In this document: one piece after another, positions 60,813 to 64,000 of the stretch
How positions within the stretch are numbered: the stretch's first letter is position 1
Layout: every line of letters starts with the position of its first letter
Source: Schizochytrium sp. TIO01
Lineage: Eukaryota; Protista; Bigyra: Labyrinthulomycetes
Assembly: GCA_004764695.1 (NCBI GenBank)
Contig: SMSO01000006.1
Span: forward strand, 387,859 to 451,858
DNA length: 64,000 bases
Direction: 5' to 3'
Notes under the pieces: model-generated
The model's input: only the letters and a program-made list of their open reading frames with translations
What the model was told of the DNA's origin: nothing
Database searches by the model: none
Translations under genes and position numbers: made by a program

Positions 60813-61714
60813 CTTTGCTGGAACGTTTCGGGTTTGCTGAGAGTTGTTGCATCGATTTGGTATTGATATGAATGCAGCCTGAGTAAAACTGCTCGTAGAT
60901 GCATACTTAGGAATGTTGGACTCTTCATGCACACCCTCAATTTGTAGCCTTGAGACTAATATTATGTTAGACGAAAAAATAGCTACCCAGGTAGGAAAGA
61001 AACGATAGGTAAGCGAGGGAGTGAAATCGTTTCGGTGACTCGATCTTTCGTTTGTGTAGTTAGACTTGATCAACTCCGTAATCAACGCACACACATAAAA
61101 ATAAAAGAACTAGATGTAATACTGACTACTTTTGACTCGAAATCGATTACGTGTGTTGGAATAATCGTAGATTTAGGTAGACAGGTCATCGAACCTTTTC
61201 AGTAATGTCAGGGCTCACGTACGTCTTTTGGGGGGTTGGTTCAAGTTGATAATAGATGAGTAACAAAAAATTGAATTTTGACAATAACGCGATCCTGGAT
61301 GGCCTGATTGGCTCTCCCAGGCCCTCATAATTGCTCAATAAAGACAAACTTGATAAATCTGGAACACCTCAGTGACAAGCGATAGGGTCAATAGTATTAA
61401 TTAAAGGCCAAAGAAGTTATTAGGGTCTACGCGATGGTTTCCTGCAGCACTATAAACAGTTCGTTATAGACGAAAAGCTGTTTTAAAGCCCATATAAACC
61501 CTTTCACAAATGAAGTAATACACCTGGTCTGAACAACCCATAACGGAGGTGTGCGATATCCCCGTGTCTCATAAGCCAGCCTGTACGAGCACTTGTGTCA
61601 AAAGCATGGCAACACGCAAGAACAGAGCTTTAGAAAACAACTTTGAAGAGTGCACTTCGGTGGTCAGAGCCACAAGGAGCTTGAGCCAGAGAGAGCACTG
61701 GAGAGCAAGAGAAA

Positions 61715-63353
61715 ATGCTCAAAGTTCCTTCGAGTGTGGAACCTGTTAAAAGGCTAGATTTATCTAAAGCTGACTTTGGGTTTGGCCTTAGAAGCTGCTT
61801 CACATCCTCAGAATCTCAAAGAAGGGAAGTTGAAAAAGCGCTCGAGCTCGAATGGGCGGGTGAAACTGGGGATGCGCTTACAGCACTCTCTGTACGGTAA
61901 GTTTATATGTATTGTAAAGCTGACCCCAATGTACAATCGGGGTCAAAGTATTTCCCACTGATGGAAGATAGTTTTGCCTTTTCTGATGACGAATTAAGTC
62001 ATCTTGGTGAAAATCCTCCGCTCTAAAGATAATTCAAACAACTAACAATAGAAAATTCTGTGTCGGGGTCATTTTCTGTGATCTCAATTCTTCTTGGAAA
62101 TATGACTACTGTTGATGGATGGCCTTGTATGCATCTTCCGACATTTAGAACTGGATTCGATGCGCTTCTTGCAGCATTGCGTTTGCCCAGGCAGACTGAA
62201 GTACTCATGAGCGCAGTGACAATTCCTGATATGGTCAAGATTGTACAATCCTATGGCCTTGTACCTATTCCGATTGATGTCGACTATGATACGCTAGCCC
62301 CTCGCCAGGACCTCATGGCTAAGGCTCTTTCCACACAAACTCGCGTTCTTGTGGTCTCTCATATCTTTGGTAGCATTGCAGAGCTAGATGATATTATTAC
62401 CTGGGCTCACAAACATGGAGTTTATGTGGTTGAGGACTGCGCTGAAGCGTATTGTGGACCAGATTTCCGAGGACACGAAAATGTAGACGCCAGCTTCTTT
62501 AGTTTTGGGACCATAAAAACCGAAACCGCTCTTGGGGGAGCAATGATGCGGATTGCAGACTCAAACATCCGTGAGGACGTCCGCGCAATTCTTGCACACT
62601 ACGCAGTCCAACCTCTGCACGTTTTTAGAAACCGTTTGATCAAATATAGTGCCTTCACAGCTATTTTGAACAATTCAGTTGCTTATGCAACTTTTGTGCG
62701 CGGAGTCCATGCGCTTGGAAGTAAGTTCTTTCTTTAAAGCTTTAAGAGCTATCAACCTGAGAAATATCTAAGAACCATTGTTGTGAAACCTGTGGAACTA
62801 ACCTTTACGAAATTTTCGGCAAAATGCAGAAGATCATTTGGATATCCTTTTGGCAAACAGTCGTGGTTTCGTTGGACAAGATCTTTTTCAGGCCATCCGT
62901 CTCCGGCCCCCTGTTCCTCTATTGAAGTTATTACTGCACAGACTGCAGAACTTTGATGCATCTCGTCTTGAACAGAGACGTAAGATTTGCGCAAGAACTG
63001 CCCGCGATCTCGCAAATATCCCTGGCGTCCGTGTACCTGGTTTGCACGCGAAGCGGCACTACTTCTGGTTATTTCCAATCAATGTCGCAGACCCCACTAA
63101 AGCAGCTAAGGCTATGCTTTCCCGAGGTTTCGATGCTACCTCAGGTACTACAAGCCTCATGTGCATTGATGATGTTGTCTCAGAGCGACCCGCGAATTAC
63201 CGCGAGGTCTTTGATGCCACGACGTCTGTTGCTGCTCCTCTCATGCACAATGTCTTATATCTTCCCATTGATTCTGACACGTCCTCTTCGATCGCTTCTA
63301 ATATGGTCAGGGCGGTTAAATCATCTTGTTCTAGCGCAGAGGCCCGCCTGTAG
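61715..63353 (+). CDS. DegT/DnrJ/EryC1/StrS-family PLP-dependent aminotransferase, 3 exons: 61715-61896, 62149-62720, 62830-63353 (about 425 aa)
   Basis: Introns 61897-62148 (GTAAGT..TTTAG; joins LSV-R-TGFDALL) and 62721-62829 (GTAAGT..TGCAG) keep the frame. Motifs SAVTIPDM, PIDVD, VSHIFG, VVEDCAEAY, SFFSFGTIKT (PLP Lys), ALGGA, YFWLFPI, LYLP. Confidence 0.9.
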
Positions 63354-64000
63354 GTAGAAAGTCTCTTGTCCCATGCCCATACTCCATACTTCATACTTTC
63401 TGATAACTAATCAATTGAATTTATTGTATTTTTACTATTGTCCATGTGAGCCTCTCACACATGGTCACCCTCTCTTTTTGTCAGGAGTATAGCAACCGAG
63501 TTTTAAAAGCGACTGTGGCAAAGGTGCTACCCTCCCGAATACTGTGAAACGCAACAGTGAAGGGAATTTCTTAACCCCAAATCCCATTTGCGAATGATCA
63601 ACTACTACGTTCGATTGCTGGGTCAGCAGCCAACATAACAAAATCAATTCTACATAAACCTGTTCAATACCTATATTTCAAAAAAAATAAAAAATCTGAC
63701 ATTTGTACTTGACAAAGTCAGAGGATTTGCGTTGTATAGCTATTATTTTCACAAACATTTTTGCTTGATGACAGAAACAAAAAGAAGAAGGTGTTTGGTG
63801 CATGATTCTAAAGCTAGGTATGCTTAGGCCACACTAAAGTTGTTTTCCTATGCTAATAGCCACTAACTTTCTCCTCATGAAAGCTTTGGTATTATAATAT
63901 CATAGGACTTTATGAACCTAAGATATTTTTCTTTGTCGACCTTCTCATAATAACAGGACTAACTTCATGTCCCATTAATTGTTTCAAAGAGCATGGAAAT

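Noticed and set aside
58100-61500. REase-kinase gene as part of an intact transposon
   Set aside because: No terminal inverted repeats, LTRs, target-site duplication or transposase were found by eye.

Overview
Eukaryotic genomic DNA: spliceosomal GT-AG introns, many tri- to pentanucleotide microsatellites, a motile-cilium gene, and no operons or RBS. Base composition and intergenic style suggest a flagellate-stage protist, possibly a thraustochytrid/labyrinthulomycete (inference only). I can support 12 protein-coding genes: a tubulin-tyrosine-ligase-like (TTLL) gene running off the left edge and absent from the ORF track, a NIPA-type transporter, a 2-exon arsenite methyltransferase, a coiled-coil protein, an S1 sulfatase, a PH-domain protein with a 72-bp coding VNTR, a Sec14/CRAL-TRIO protein, an EcKL/APH-like kinase, CFAP157, a bZIP-C2H2-bZIP transcription factor, a Crinkler-like REase+kinase protein, and a 3-exon DegT-family aminotransferase. 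Three long gene-free tracts separate them (~9.6-15.5, ~22-32.7 and ~42-58.8 kb). The most unusual items are (1) the REase-kinase conflict-type protein, which has a classical-looking mitochondrial presequence in place of a secretion header, (2) a TTLL ligase with a type-II signal anchor, implying a luminal amino-acid ligase, and (3) the tandem bZIP-zinc finger-bZIP factor behind a 17-kb regulatory desert. No tRNA, rRNA, CRISPR or intact transposon was seen.
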